From Dehalococcoidia bacterium (GTDB lineage Bacteria > Chloroflexota > Dehalococcoidia > SM23-28-2 > RBG-16-64-32): a stretch of 64,000 bases of DNA. The stretch covers positions 160,001 to 224,000 of the forward strand of contig CAXXTF010000002.1 in assembly GCA_963665775.2 (NCBI GenBank), read 5' to 3'. Under the pieces are notes generated by a model. It saw only the letters and a program-made list of their open reading frames with translations. It had not been told where the DNA came from and searched no databases. The position numbers and the translations under genes are program-made. Every line of letters begins with the position of its first letter. Positions within the stretch are counted from its first letter, which is position 1. Below are positions 10,350-21,005 of the stretch, piece by piece.

Positions 10350-10440
10350 ATGGGCCCAATTAATCTGTATGACTACGAAACCCTGGCCCGCCAGCGCTTG
10401 CCTCCGATGGTCTACGATTATTACGCGGGTGGTGCTGAGC
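10350..10440 (+). pseudogene. Alpha-hydroxy-acid oxidase N-terminal scrap, in frame with the next gene
   Basis: MGPINLYDYETLARQRLPPMVYDYYAGGAE is the typical start of FMN alpha-hydroxy-acid oxidases. Confidence 0.65.
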
Positions 10441-10490
10441 GCCGTCTTGCCGTAGCAGCGGTGGCTGACCTGAACGGGAGGCGGCGGCCA

Positions 10491-13145
10491 ATGTCCCTTC
10501 CTCGGGCAAAAAATGGTATGGCGACCCAACTTCGGATCTCTCGTTCCATCCTCTTGGCAGCTCTAGTAGCCCTGGCCCTCGTTACCGGTTCCCATGCCCC
10601 GCTCACGCCCATACCAGCGGCAGCTCAAATCGAAGATCCCATTCCGGAGTCTATCCAGCAAGGCGCCATCACCGTCAGTCTTCAGCCCGTGGCTACGGGT
10701 CTAACCTCACCCAATTGGGGAACCTACGCGCCGGGCGATTCCGACCGTCTGTTTGTCGTCGATCAGATCGGGTCGGTCTGGGCCATCGACCTTGCTACAG
10801 GCGACAAGACCGTGTTCCTGGACGCCAGCGATCGGCTCGTGGACCTCGGCATTGCCGGTCCCGGCTCGTTCGATGAGCGGGGTCTCCTGGGCCTCGCCTT
10901 TCACCCCGACTACACCTCGAATGGCCTCCTCTACACCTACACCTCCGAGCCGGTGAACGGGCAGGCCGACTTCTCCACCATGCCCCCTGCGACAATAGCC
11001 GACCACCAAGGCCTGATCCTCGAACGGGGGGTCCCCAACCCAACCGATCCCGCCTCAATCGTCGATTCCACGAGCCCCCGTGAACTGCTCCGCATCGACC
11101 AGCCTCAGTTCAACCACGATGCCGGCGCCCTCAGCTTCGGACCTGACGGGATGCTCTACGTCTCGCTCGGAGACGGGGGATCCGAGGATGATCAGGGCGA
11201 TGGACACGGGACAACAGGCAACGGCCAGGACCCCGGTAACGTTCTCGGCGCGATCTTGCGTATCGACCCCGACGGGTCGAACTCAGCCAACGGGCAGTAC
11301 GGCGTTCCGGGCGACAACCCCTTCGTGGGCGATCCGGGCTTCGCTGATGAGATCTTCGCCTATGGCTTTCGCAATCCCTATCGCTTCTCCTTCGATTCTG
11401 CCACCGGCGACCTGTACTTAGGAGACGTCGGCCAGAACAACATCGAAGAGGTCAACGTGGTAGTGGCGGGGGGCAACTATGGCTGGAACCTCAAGGAAGG
11501 CACGTTCTTCTTTGACCCCGACGGGAACAACCCAGGCTTCGTGACCCCTGTCGATCCGGGCGTGCCCGCCGGCTTGATGGATCCTATTGCCCAATACGAC
11601 CACGATGAGGGGATAGCCGTCATCGGCGGGTTCGTCTATCGGGGGAGCGCAATCCCGGCCCTCCAAGACCGATACGTCTTCGGCGATTTCTCCCGGAACT
11701 TCTTCAACGATGGACGGCTGTTCTACCTCAAGGCGGGAAACCAGATTTCCGAGTTCTCGCTCGATGGCCAGAACGCACTCGGCCTGTCGCTGCTCGGCTT
11801 CGGGGAGGACGCCGGTGGCGAGCTATATGTGCTCGCTAATGGGACCGGGACGCCTTTCGGCGACACCGGCGTCGTCCTTAGGATCGTTCCGCCCACCACA
11901 CCTCCGGCGACTGGCGAACATATCCGCACCTATAAGGTGGTTGCCGGTCCCGTCCAGGACATTCAGGCGATGAGGTATGTGAACAGCTCAGGAAATGTCT
12001 TTATCGGTGGAAGGAACGGTGGCGGGAATCTGGCCGTGAAGAACGTCTTCACCGGGGCGGACCCGATTCTTTTTGATGTTGGTGGCGTCCAGGGGTTCAA
12101 CTGGAGCAATGCCGTGGGCGATTCCGTAATCGTGGCCGACTTCTTCGGTCCTGGAAGTATAGCCTTCATCGCGGATGGGAGGAACGCACCGACCGAAGTC
12201 TCAACCGTCGTCAACCCGCTATTTCTTAACCCTCAACTCGTCCATGAGCGTTCGGCCATCGTCCAGAATCAGAACGGTGCAAGTAAGGCCTATATTCCCA
12301 GCTTCTTGGAGCATCGAGTCTACATCCTAGACCTGGACGTGCCCGCCGTGACCGGCATCATCCCAGTAGGCACAAACCCTTCCGATGCCCAGATTAGCGA
12401 GAGCACCGGTCGCGCCTACGTCGCCAATACGACCGACGACACTGTATCCGTCATCGACACGGCCACCGATACCGTGATCGCTGTCATCGCCGTGGGAGAC
12501 GGCCCGATACAGATCGCGGTACACCCAACAGCCGGACTGGTATACGTGACCAACGTAAGTGACGACACAGTGTCCGTCATTGACGAAGCAACTGGCACGG
12601 TCGTCGCCACAATCCCAGTAGGTGACGGGCCATTTGGCGTGGGCATCAACCACATCACCGGCTTTGTCTACGTGGCGAATCAGTTCGACGACACCGTCTC
12701 AGTCATAGATGTCGAGACGAACACGGTCGTAGCAACTGTCGACGTCGGTGACTTCCCGACAGCGCTGGCGGTGGTTTCCAGCGCCGGCCTGATCGGCGTG
12801 GCCAACTTCAACGACGGTACGATTTCAGTACTGGCTCACACCCCCACGGAGACCGTCTGGACAGATGTGAACTGTGATGGAATGGCTGACGCGATAGATG
12901 CCCTCCTGGTGCTGCGCCACGTTGTCTCCTTACCGGTAGTCCAGGGAGAGGCTTGTCCAGCCATTGGCACCAACATCGCTGTTGCTGAGGGCGACGACGT
13001 TACGGTCAGGCTGTTCGGCGACGCCGACTGTGATGGTGATGTCGACGCAATTGACTCCCTTAAGAAGCTTAGGGATGTGGCCGGCCTGAGCGTCAGCCAG
13101 ACTGAGCCATGTCCAGACATAGGGAGCCCGGTGCAGATCCCCTAG
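10491..13145 (+). CDS. Secreted PQQ-dependent sugar dehydrogenase (GSDH) with YVTN beta-propeller and dockerin-like C-terminus
   Basis: Signal peptide; ERGLLGLAFHP, FNH.AG, GDGG and YGFRNPYR motifs; YV(A/T)N..DDTVSVID repeats; two D.(N/D)CDG..DAID.L repeats; start (10491 or 10518) uncertain. Confidence 0.85.
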   Translation: MSLPRAKNGMATQLRISRSILLAALVALALVTGSHAPLTPIPAAAQIEDPIPESIQQGAITVSLQPVATGLTSPNWGTYAPGDSDRLFVVDQIGSVWAIDLATGDKTVFLDASDRLVDLGIAGPGSFDERGLLGLAFHPDYTSNGLLYTYTSEPVNGQADFSTMPPATIADHQGLILERGVPNPTDPASIVDSTSPRELLRIDQPQFNHDAGALSFGPDGMLYVSLGDGGSEDDQGDGHGTTGNGQDPGNVLGAILRIDPDGSNSANGQYGVPGDNPFVGDPGFADEIFAYGFRNPYRFSFDSATGDLYLGDVGQNNIEEVNVVVAGGNYGWNLKEGTFFFDPDGNNPGFVTPVDPGVPAGLMDPIAQYDHDEGIAVIGGFVYRGSAIPALQDRYVFGDFSRNFFNDGRLFYLKAGNQISEFSLDGQNALGLSLLGFGEDAGGELYVLANGTGTPFGDTGVVLRIVPPTTPPATGEHIRTYKVVAGPVQDIQAMRYVNSSGNVFIGGRNGGGNLAVKNVFTGADPILFDVGGVQGFNWSNAVGDSVIVADFFGPGSIAFIADGRNAPTEVSTVVNPLFLNPQLVHERSAIVQNQNGASKAYIPSFLEHRVYILDLDVPAVTGIIPVGTNPSDAQISESTGRAYVANTTDDTVSVIDTATDTVIAVIAVGDGPIQIAVHPTAGLVYVTNVSDDTVSVIDEATGTVVATIPVGDGPFGVGINHITGFVYVANQFDDTVSVIDVETNTVVATVDVGDFPTALAVVSSAGLIGVANFNDGTISVLAHTPTETVWTDVNCDGMADAIDALLVLRHVVSLPVVQGEACPAIGTNIAVAEGDDVTVRLFGDADCDGDVDAIDSLKKLRDVAGLSVSQTEPCPDIGSPVQIP

Positions 13146-13505
13146 TCGCTTCACCAGCCTCGCCTGTAGGTGAAAGGCAAATATGCCATCAGTCCCATGG
13201 GAGGATAAGCCAATTGAGGCCGTCTTCTTCGAGGAGCCACGGATGCCATGCCAACCGTGGCGTCCGCACCGCCTTTTGTCTGATGCAGGTCTACTGGAGA
13301 GATGTCGGCCTGTCAGGTGATGGAAATCTGAGCTGCAAGGGCAGACGCCGAGGATTGAGGCGGTAGCTTGACGAGAAAGTCGATGCGTCGAGCATTATCT
13401 ACTCCGCTGTATTGGCTCAAATCGCTACCCTCATCGCCCGCCATGTTCTGACTGTCCTCGGGACAGCCGCTCGCGGTTTCCGGGATCCTCAGCCTGGTCT
13501 ACCGA

Positions 13506-14100
13506 GTGGCTATCGGCTCGATAGCGATATTCGCTCTCAGCGTGGGCATCTGGTTTGTGGTTCAGCTTGCTAGCTACGATCCCTCAAGAACCGACGATTC
13601 ACGTGTAATTCTCTATACGCGTGAGTTCCTCAGCAACCCTTCCTTTTGGTTCGAATTCCAGGGCCCGTTTCTTCAGTATGCCACTTACATGTCGCTCGTA
13701 TCATTGACCGGATGGGATGCGCTGGTGCTTATCCCACTTTTCTCTTCAGTTGTACTGGCCTTATTTGTGGGGCATATCAGCCAGAGAATAGTCGGCGGTG
13801 GACACTGGACCTTTCTTGTGGCGGCAATCACATTAGCGTCGCTCCCAATTTTTCTTCGCCAAGCCAGGTTTCTCCCGTTCTACCCCCAACTATTCTATTG
13901 GGCTACGTTGGCTTATGGGCGGCCGCCAACTACTTACGCCATGGGCGGCAGTCGGCACGCAAGTCGGTGGCATTCCAGGGGCCGCGATCAGGCAAGTACG
14001 GCTTAGTCGCGTCGAAAGTGCCCCTGCGAGGGTCCGCACCTTCATTAGAAGTTCGTCTGCGGAGAGTGGCACCTCGCCTCACAGGGCCTCGATGATCTGC
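13506..14100 (+). pseudogene. Fragmented membrane protein (possibly glycosyltransferase-like)
   Basis: Multi-TM reading frame that shifts near PFYP(Q/P); family not identifiable. Confidence 0.35.
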
Positions 14101-14321
14101 ACCGGCAGCGAGTGTCGTGGCTCGTGGATCGCGGCTACCTAGGTACCCGAAATGCGGAGCTTTGGGGAATCGCTAGCAGCTCGCCCGTAGACTTTCTTGG
14201 AGACTCTCTGCCAGCGATGTTTCAGTCGGCCGCGGGACCCCTCATTCTTGCGCTCGTCGCGCTGGGCACCATTGGGCTTATTCGCCTGCCGTCTTGGTCC
14301 GCGCGGGTAGCTGCCCTGCTC

Positions 14322-15442
14322 ATGATGGACCGACTTAAGAACTGGGGTCTCTTTATGGTCCAGTTCCAGGCCACGGACAGCGTCCAACACAACTTTTGGC
14401 ATCATATCGACCCTGACCATCCAAGGTATGACGCAAACGCACCTGATAATCTGCGAGACGCTATTCTAGACCACTGTCGAACCGTGGACAGATGTATTGG
14501 TGACATATTGGCGCGTGCCGGAAGCCAAACCAACGTCCTCGTGGTGTCAGACCATGGAGCAGGACCATTTTACGAGCAGATCCACCTTAACGTTTGGCTG
14601 TGGCAGCATGGCTGGCTTCGGTTCAAGCGCTCTCCAATCACGTTGCTCAGACGATCGCTCTATGCAGCTGGTATAACACCAGAATTTATGAGGCGTCATC
14701 TACTTAGGCGAGCACCTAGAGCAGCTAGAAGGTCCATACTCGCGCGGAGGTACTCGGCCTTGGCCCTGGCCGACCGCGTATTCCTTTCGCTGGAGGATGT
14801 TGACTGGGAAAGGACCAGGGCCTACTCGCACGGAGGTGTTCAGGGTTCGATTTACTTGAATCTAAAAGGCAGGGAACGCAGGGCTGCGTGCCGCTGGCAG
14901 ACTACGAGTCCGTTCTTGCCGAACTCGAAATCAACCTTAGGAAGATGCGCCACCCTCATACGAGACATCCCCTAGTCGAAGATATCCTCCGCTCCAGCGA
15001 CCTCTACGAAGGGCCTTACTCTAAGGACGGGCCTGACCTCTAGCTGTTCAGCCCCAATTCCAAATGCTATAGCCCAGGATTCCTTCAGTTCGTATCTAAG
15101 AAGTGGCTGGGCCCACCGTGGACCAACTGGTCTGGGCATCACTCCATGGACGGGATGATACTGATGGCAGGGCCCGACGCTAAGTACGAAACGCGGCTGC
15201 AGGGAGCAAGTATTGTGGACGTTGCTCCTACGGTGTTGGCGCTCCTTGGCCTTCATGTACCGGACTGGATGGACGGTAAAGTACTCGTGGCTGGAATGAG
15301 CGAGGAATTCTTGGCCCGTAGCTCACCTGCAGTTCCGGACGAAGAGTCCCCTGCCTCCAAGCAGGCTAAGGGTCGACCCTATACCGAGGCCGAGGAAGCG
15401 GAGATCACGAAACGACTAGCGGATCTAGGCTACTTGGAATGA
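14322..15442 (+). pseudogene. Alkaline phosphatase/nucleotide pyrophosphatase family pseudogene
   Basis: TDSVQH.FW, VVSDHGAG, VDWERTRAY, SGHH.MDG and DVAPTVL motifs, C-terminal RLADLGYLE; N-terminus missing, frameshift near 14880, TAG at 15041. Confidence 0.8.
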
Positions 15443-15637
15443 GGCCCTAAACTCGTGCCGAGTCGGTCAAGGATCCCGAAGATATGGTCGAAGGCCTCAA
15501 GATCGCCAGGAAGTTCGGCCTGGAGATGTATGTGAGCTCCTGACGGTGATGGTGTACGGCTCCTGCATCATCCAGTCGCCACGAGGTGCAGATGATGGGC
15601 AGTTGCTGGCGTCAACCCTTGGGTCGGGATGAAGGAT

Positions 15638-16162
15638 CTAAAACGGGTAGCCCTTGAGCCCTTGGAGCCCCTTGATCGCGGAGATCTCCCCGCTATGGCC
15701 CGCAACATGACCGATGATGGCGGCGCCCAACATGAAGTTGATGGAATGCTTCCCAAGTGGAGTATCGATCTGACGCTCCAATTCCTCAGGCTTGACGCTC
15801 GTCAGGTAAGCGTCGCTGGCCGCGTAGACCGCCTGAGCGTATTTCTGGAGGGCCGGCAAGTCCACTCGGACTTTGCGCCCCCAGTCAGACCAGTCCGCGT
15901 CGCCTTCAGATCCCTGGGGTGGCATGGAGTCCACTCCTGCTTTGCCAGCCCAGGTTGATGCAGCAAGAGGCTGTTTCCCCTGAAACATGCCCTGAACTAT
16001 CATGTCTTCACTAAGCACTAAGTGGGCATATGTAGCAGCTATCGAGTTTGCGAGGCCGGTGGGCTGCCAATGCGCCTGCTCCGGCGTCACTCCCTCGACT
16101 GTCCCGTCCATAAGCCAACGGCTTGTTCCTAAGTGCTCCCGTATAGTGGCTATAGCATCCAC
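15638..16162 (-). CDS. DinB family protein
   Basis: SIAATYAH and GHVAGHSGEI His motifs; AAGGAGG RBS. Confidence 0.85.
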   Translation of the reverse strand: MDAIATIREHLGTSRWLMDGTVEGVTPEQAHWQPTGLANSIAATYAHLVLSEDMIVQGMFQGKQPLAASTWAGKAGVDSMPPQGSEGDADWSDWGRKVRVDLPALQKYAQAVYAASDAYLTSVKPEELERQIDTPLGKHSINFMLGAAIIGHVAGHSGEISAIKGLQGLKGYPF

Positions 16163-16278
16163 TACTTCCCCTCCTTAAACGTAAGTCCGCCCTATAACTG
16201 AGGGCGGCTGAAAGCACTATTCGAGATTCCCCATTTCAACTCTGCCCTGATGTAGGACCAGGACCACATGACGGCAGA

Positions 16279-16307
16279 AGCATACTGATAGCAATGCGCG
16301 GTGTCAA
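16279..16307 (-). promoter_or_regulatory. sigma70-type promoter of the DinB gene
   Basis: TTGACA-N17-TATGCT on the minus strand. Confidence 0.7.
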
Positions 16308-16333
16308 CCAAGCTCCCCTCTGCACGATGCGCC

Positions 16334-16717
16334 TCAGTCGGGTAGCTGAACGAGCACGAAGCCGTTGCCGTCGGGATCATTGAAAAGTGCCTGCATCGCC
16401 CCCCACTCCTGGAGCGTCGGCGCCTCCGTGAACTGAACCCCTCGGTCGCGCCAAGTCCTGTACGTTTCGTCGATGTCGTCTGTGAGAAGGACGCAGCCAT
16501 GGCTGTGTCCGATTCGCGCTTCCCAGTCGTCACCTCCGAAGCCAGATGCGAGTACGAAATCGGTGGCTTCGCCGGGCGGCGCCACCGTTAGCCAGCGCAG
16601 ACCTTCGCCCATCGGCGAGTCCATCCGCTTTTCGAACCCCAGCGCGTCGACATAGAAGCGTAACGCCTCAGCCTGGTCCTTCACGTAGATCGGAACGGTC
16701 CCCAGCCGGATCGCCAT
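16334..16717 (-). CDS. VOC/glyoxalase family protein
   Basis: V.DQAEALRFY...LGF, RWLTV.P and F.DPDGN motifs. Confidence 0.9.
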   Translation of the reverse strand: MAIRLGTVPIYVKDQAEALRFYVDALGFEKRMDSPMGEGLRWLTVAPPGEATDFVLASGFGGDDWEARIGHSHGCVLLTDDIDETYRTWRDRGVQFTEAPTLQEWGAMQALFNDPDGNGFVLVQLPD

Positions 16718-17027
16718 GGTGGCCCCTCCCTGGATTTACACGACGGCTGAACGATAGGATCTATATGGTAACAGGCTGCACCGCAGAAGCTACGCCGCTG
16801 AAACCGCGAGGCGTATCCGTGACGATCCTGACGGCTGCGTGCCGGCTTCGCATGATCGGGAGATGGACGAGTTGGGCCGCCGCCTCTTGCAGGCTCTGAA
16901 GGGCTGGACGCTCGTAGGTGAGTCGCGCTACATCTGCCACCAGGGGGGTGAGGCCGCGGGTGACAGAAGCTAGAGGCGCAGCTCCCCGTATAATGGGCCT
17001 ACAAATGCTCATCCGAGGAGACGACCG

Positions 17028-19511
17028 ATGACAACTCAACAGGCGCCGAAGGAGCCCTCCGCGGACGGAGAGGCGGCCCTGGCCGGTTATCGCGTCCTGG
17101 ACCTGGCCGACGACAAGGGGCTCTACTGTGGCAAGCTCCTAGCCGACCTGGGCGCTGACGTTATCAAAGTGGAGCCGCCCGGCGGCGACCGCACACGCCT
17201 CGTTCCGCCCTTCTATCACGACGAGATGCACCCTGAGAAAAGCCTCTCCTTCCTCTACCTGAACGCCAATAAACGGAGCCTCACCCTCGATCTTGCCGGC
17301 AGCGAGGGGAAAGCCGCTTTCCAGAGGCTGGTCGCTACCGCCGACGTAGTCCTGGAGACCTTTACGCCGGGCTATCTGGATGGCCTGGGTCTGGGCTATA
17401 AGGGCCTTCGCGATATAAACCCTCGCCTGATCATGACCTCTATCACCGGCTTCGGCCAGACGGGGCCCTATCGACATTTCCAGAGCTGCGACATCGTGGC
17501 CCAGGCCATGGGCGGGCTCATGTACGTCACCGGCTACGCGGAGGACCCGCCCAACCTGATTGGGGCGCGCCAGGCCTACTATCTCGCCTCCATTCATGCC
17601 GCCCTGGGTACGCTGGTCGCCCTCTATTATCGGGAGAGAACGGGAGTGGCCCAGCAGGTGGACGTCTCCCTTCAGGAGAGCTGCGCCGCCGCCTTCCAGC
17701 CCGGCATCATCTATTGGGACCTGCGCCGCGAGCTCCGCCAGCGAGGCGACGATGTGCACCGCGCCGGCCAAGGCATCCATCGCTGCCGGGATGGCTACGT
17801 AGCCTTCCATGCCGGCCCGCGCAATTGGCCCGAACTCTTGAAGCTCCTGGACGAGGAAGGGCTGGATCACGACCTCCATGACGAGCAGTGGGAGAGCCAG
17901 GAAGCACGTTCGGCGGGGCGTCAGCACATCGACGCGATCTGCGCCGAGTACTGCCGTCGCCTCACTGTAGAGGAAGTGTGCGAGAGGTCGCAACGGAACC
18001 GTCTGTTCAGCTTCCCCGTCTTCGATGCGCAGCAGCTCAGCGATGACTCACAGCTCCGCTCCCGCGACTTCTTCGTCAAGATAGAACGTTCCGACCTGCC
18101 GGAACCTATCACTTGTGCCGGCGCCCCTTATCGCCTGTCCGCTACGCCCTGGCGCATCCGGCGGCAGCCTCCACTCATCGGGGAACACGACGAAGAGATC
18201 ATGGCGGAGCTTGATGCCCCACAGCCCCGGAGGCCATCGTCCCCTCAGGGGTCGAAAGCGAAGGAAATAGGCCCCGCGCTGCCGCTAGAGGGCGTCCGGA
18301 TACTGGACTTCAGTTGGTTCGGTGTCGGCCCGATCGCCACCAAGATCATGGCCGACCATGGGGCCGAGGTCATACGGGTGGAATCGGAGGCGCGACTGGA
18401 TAGCCTGCGCTCCGCGGCACCCTTCCCCCCCGACAAGCAGGGCGACATCAACGCCAGCGGGTACTTCAACGCCTTCAACAGCAGTAAGTTGGACATAACG
18501 CTGGACCTCAACGAGCAGGAGTCCTGGAATATAGTGATGCGGCTGGCGGCTATCAGCGACGTTGTCACAGAGAATTTCGTGCCGGACGTAATGAAACGCC
18601 GCGGCCTCGGCTACAGCGAGATGTGCAAGGTCAATCCGGAGATCATCCTGGCCAGCATGCCGGCAGTGGGCCTAGCCGGTCCGCGCAGCCACTATGGTGG
18701 TCTCGGCTCCGGAATTAAGGCCATCGCCGGCCTCAGCGCCCTGACGGGCTTCCCCGACCGCCCACCAATCGGCCCAGCCGGCTCCTACCCGGATTTCGTG
18801 ATCAACAGCGGCCACGCGGCCATCGCTATCATGGCCGCCCTCCTCCATCGCCAGCGCACGGGCCGGGGCCAGCTCGTCGAACTCCCCCAGTACGAATCCA
18901 CGGTAGCCGTCACCGACACGTCCATACCGGAGTACTCGGCCAACGGGCGGGTGCCGGGGCCCATCGCCAATCGCAGCCCGGAGGCCGCTCCCCACGCGGC
19001 GTATCGCTGCCGGGCCTCCGTCAGGGAGGGTGAGGACGACTGCTGGTGTGTCATTGCCGTGTTTACCGAGGAGCAATGGCGGGCCTTCTGCCGCGCAGTG
19101 GGTAACCCGCCCTGGACAGCCCGGCCGGAGTTTGCCACCCTCGTGGATCGGCTGGCCCATCAGGACGAGCTGGACCGGCTGGTGACGGAGTGGACGAGGG
19201 TGCGAACCGCCGAAGAGGTGATGCACTTCTTACAGGGGGCGTACGTACCGGCAGGCGTGGTCCAGACCAACGAGGATCTCCTGGATAGGGACCCCCACCT
19301 GCGGGCCCGCGGCTATTATGTGTATCTAGACCACCTGGAGGTGGGTCGCTCCGCCTACGACGGCGCTCCCTTCAAGCTCTCGGCCACCCCCGGCGGCCCG
19401 CGCCGGGCAGCCCCCCTCCTCGGCCAGGACAACCAGCATGTCTTGAAGAACATCCTGGGCCTGGCCGAGGAGGAGATCAACCGGCTGGCCGTGGCAGGGG
19501 TCATCCGCTAA
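17028..19511 (+). CDS. Fused double class III CoA-transferase
   Basis: Two CaiB domains (LADLGADVIKVE; MADHGAEVIRVE). Confidence 0.92.
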   Translation: MTTQQAPKEPSADGEAALAGYRVLDLADDKGLYCGKLLADLGADVIKVEPPGGDRTRLVPPFYHDEMHPEKSLSFLYLNANKRSLTLDLAGSEGKAAFQRLVATADVVLETFTPGYLDGLGLGYKGLRDINPRLIMTSITGFGQTGPYRHFQSCDIVAQAMGGLMYVTGYAEDPPNLIGARQAYYLASIHAALGTLVALYYRERTGVAQQVDVSLQESCAAAFQPGIIYWDLRRELRQRGDDVHRAGQGIHRCRDGYVAFHAGPRNWPELLKLLDEEGLDHDLHDEQWESQEARSAGRQHIDAICAEYCRRLTVEEVCERSQRNRLFSFPVFDAQQLSDDSQLRSRDFFVKIERSDLPEPITCAGAPYRLSATPWRIRRQPPLIGEHDEEIMAELDAPQPRRPSSPQGSKAKEIGPALPLEGVRILDFSWFGVGPIATKIMADHGAEVIRVESEARLDSLRSAAPFPPDKQGDINASGYFNAFNSSKLDITLDLNEQESWNIVMRLAAISDVVTENFVPDVMKRRGLGYSEMCKVNPEIILASMPAVGLAGPRSHYGGLGSGIKAIAGLSALTGFPDRPPIGPAGSYPDFVINSGHAAIAIMAALLHRQRTGRGQLVELPQYESTVAVTDTSIPEYSANGRVPGPIANRSPEAAPHAAYRCRASVREGEDDCWCVIAVFTEEQWRAFCRAVGNPPWTARPEFATLVDRLAHQDELDRLVTEWTRVRTAEEVMHFLQGAYVPAGVVQTNEDLLDRDPHLRARGYYVYLDHLEVGRSAYDGAPFKLSATPGGPRRAAPLLGQDNQHVLKNILGLAEEEINRLAVAGVIR

Positions 19512-19648
19512 CCCAGCGGCGATCGTGAGGTGGTGGCTGGTTGCGAACGCAAGGATCGGGAGCTCGGCCACAGAAGGCGTTTTGCCGGGCTTGGGCCAAG
19601 AACCCCTTGAGTCATGTCGAGGGGGTGGCAGTCGCTCGAAGGTTGCTC

Positions 19649-20947
19649 ACAGAAGTGGCTCCGGAAATCTGAACCGGGGGATAAGTGGGATCGCTGCCTG
19701 ATTGAGGGCATGATAGTGCTCTCGGAGACAGGAGCGAGAGATGAGCAGACGACCCCGCCGTAACCACTCGGCAGAGTTCAAGGCGAAGGTGGCTCTTGCC
19801 GCAGTGCGCGGCGACCGGACACTTTCGGAGCTGGCAAGCCAGTTCGATGTGCACCCGAACCAGATCACGCAATGGAAGACCCAGTTGCTGGATCGGGCGG
19901 CGCAGTTATTTGGCGCCGGGATAGGGCAGGCTGAAAAGCCGGTAGATATGAAGGTCCTTCACGCTAAGATCGGTGAGCTTGCGTTGGAGAACGATTTTTT
20001 AGAGGCCGCGCTCACGAAGGCGGGATTGCCGGGCGCAAGGCGATGATCGACCGCGATCACAAGCTGCCTCTCGCCCGCCAGGCAAAGGCAGTGGGCATCA
20101 GCCGCGGGAGCATCTACTACCGGCCGCGGCCGGTGGGCGAAGCCGGTCTCGGACTGATGCGCCGCATCGATGAGCTGCACCTTGAGTATCCGTTTGCAGG
20201 CAGTAGGATGATGCGAGGCCTGCTCCGCCAGGAGGGACTCTCCTCCGGGCGTAGACACATCGCCACACTGATGCGGCGGATGGGCATCGAGGCGCTGTAC
20301 CGCGCTGTACCGCAAGCCCAACACCAGCCGGCGACGCCCCGGCCATACTGTGTATCCGTACCTGCTGCGCGGACTTGAGGTGAGCAGGCCCAACCAGGTG
20401 TGGGCAATGGACATCACGTACATTCCGATGGCCAGGGGGTTCGTGTACCTAGCCGCAGTGATGGACTGGCATAGCCGCAAGGTGCTGGCCTGGCGGGTAT
20501 CGGTCACAATAGACACAGGCTTCTGCGTGGAGGCGCTCGAAGAATCCCTGGGACGCCACGGCGCGCCGGAGATATTCAACACAGATCAGGGAAGCCAGTT
20601 CACAAGTGACGCCTTCACCGGCCTGCTGAAAGCCAATGGGATCCAGATCAGCATGGACGGGAGGGGAGGCTGGAAGGATAATGTGTTCGTCGAACGGCTG
20701 TGGAAGAGCGTCAAGTACGAGGAGGTGTACCTGAGAGCCTACGAATCGGTCCCGGAAGCCAGAATTGGACTCGGGCGGTACTTCGAGTTTTACAATGCCG
20801 GACGGCCCCATTCGAGCCTTGGGGGAATGACGCCGGACCAGTTCTTTGACAGAGTGCCTGCCGAGTCCGAGGCGGCCTAACGCACGGCAGCGCGATTCCA
20901 CTTATCAAACCGGGCAGCGCTGTTCAGACAAACGAGACCACCTCTCA
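19649..20947 (+). mobile_element. IS3 family element with frameshifted orfB
   Basis: orfA 19741-20046 (HTH); orfB DDE motifs WAMDITY, NTDQGSQF, ERLWKSVKYE; imperfect IRs ..GTGG..TCTGAAC / GTTCAGA..CCACCTCTCA; a 10-bp duplication CGCTGTACCG at 20293-20312 breaks orfB. Confidence 0.9.
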
Positions 20948-21005
20948 CGCCTTCTTCTTGGCGGGACGCTTGGGTGGGTGCAGGCGACACTATGAGTTAA
21001 TAGCG

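Noticed and set aside
10338-10490. True oxidase-GSDH fusion protein
   Set aside because: Only ~30 aa of the oxidase remain, and a separate RBS and signal peptide follow
15041-15043. In-frame TAG as pyrrolysine/readthrough (also 25419)
   Set aside because: The phosphatase gene is also frameshifted and truncated, and the sister IS copy has TAT at the same position; plain nonsense mutations
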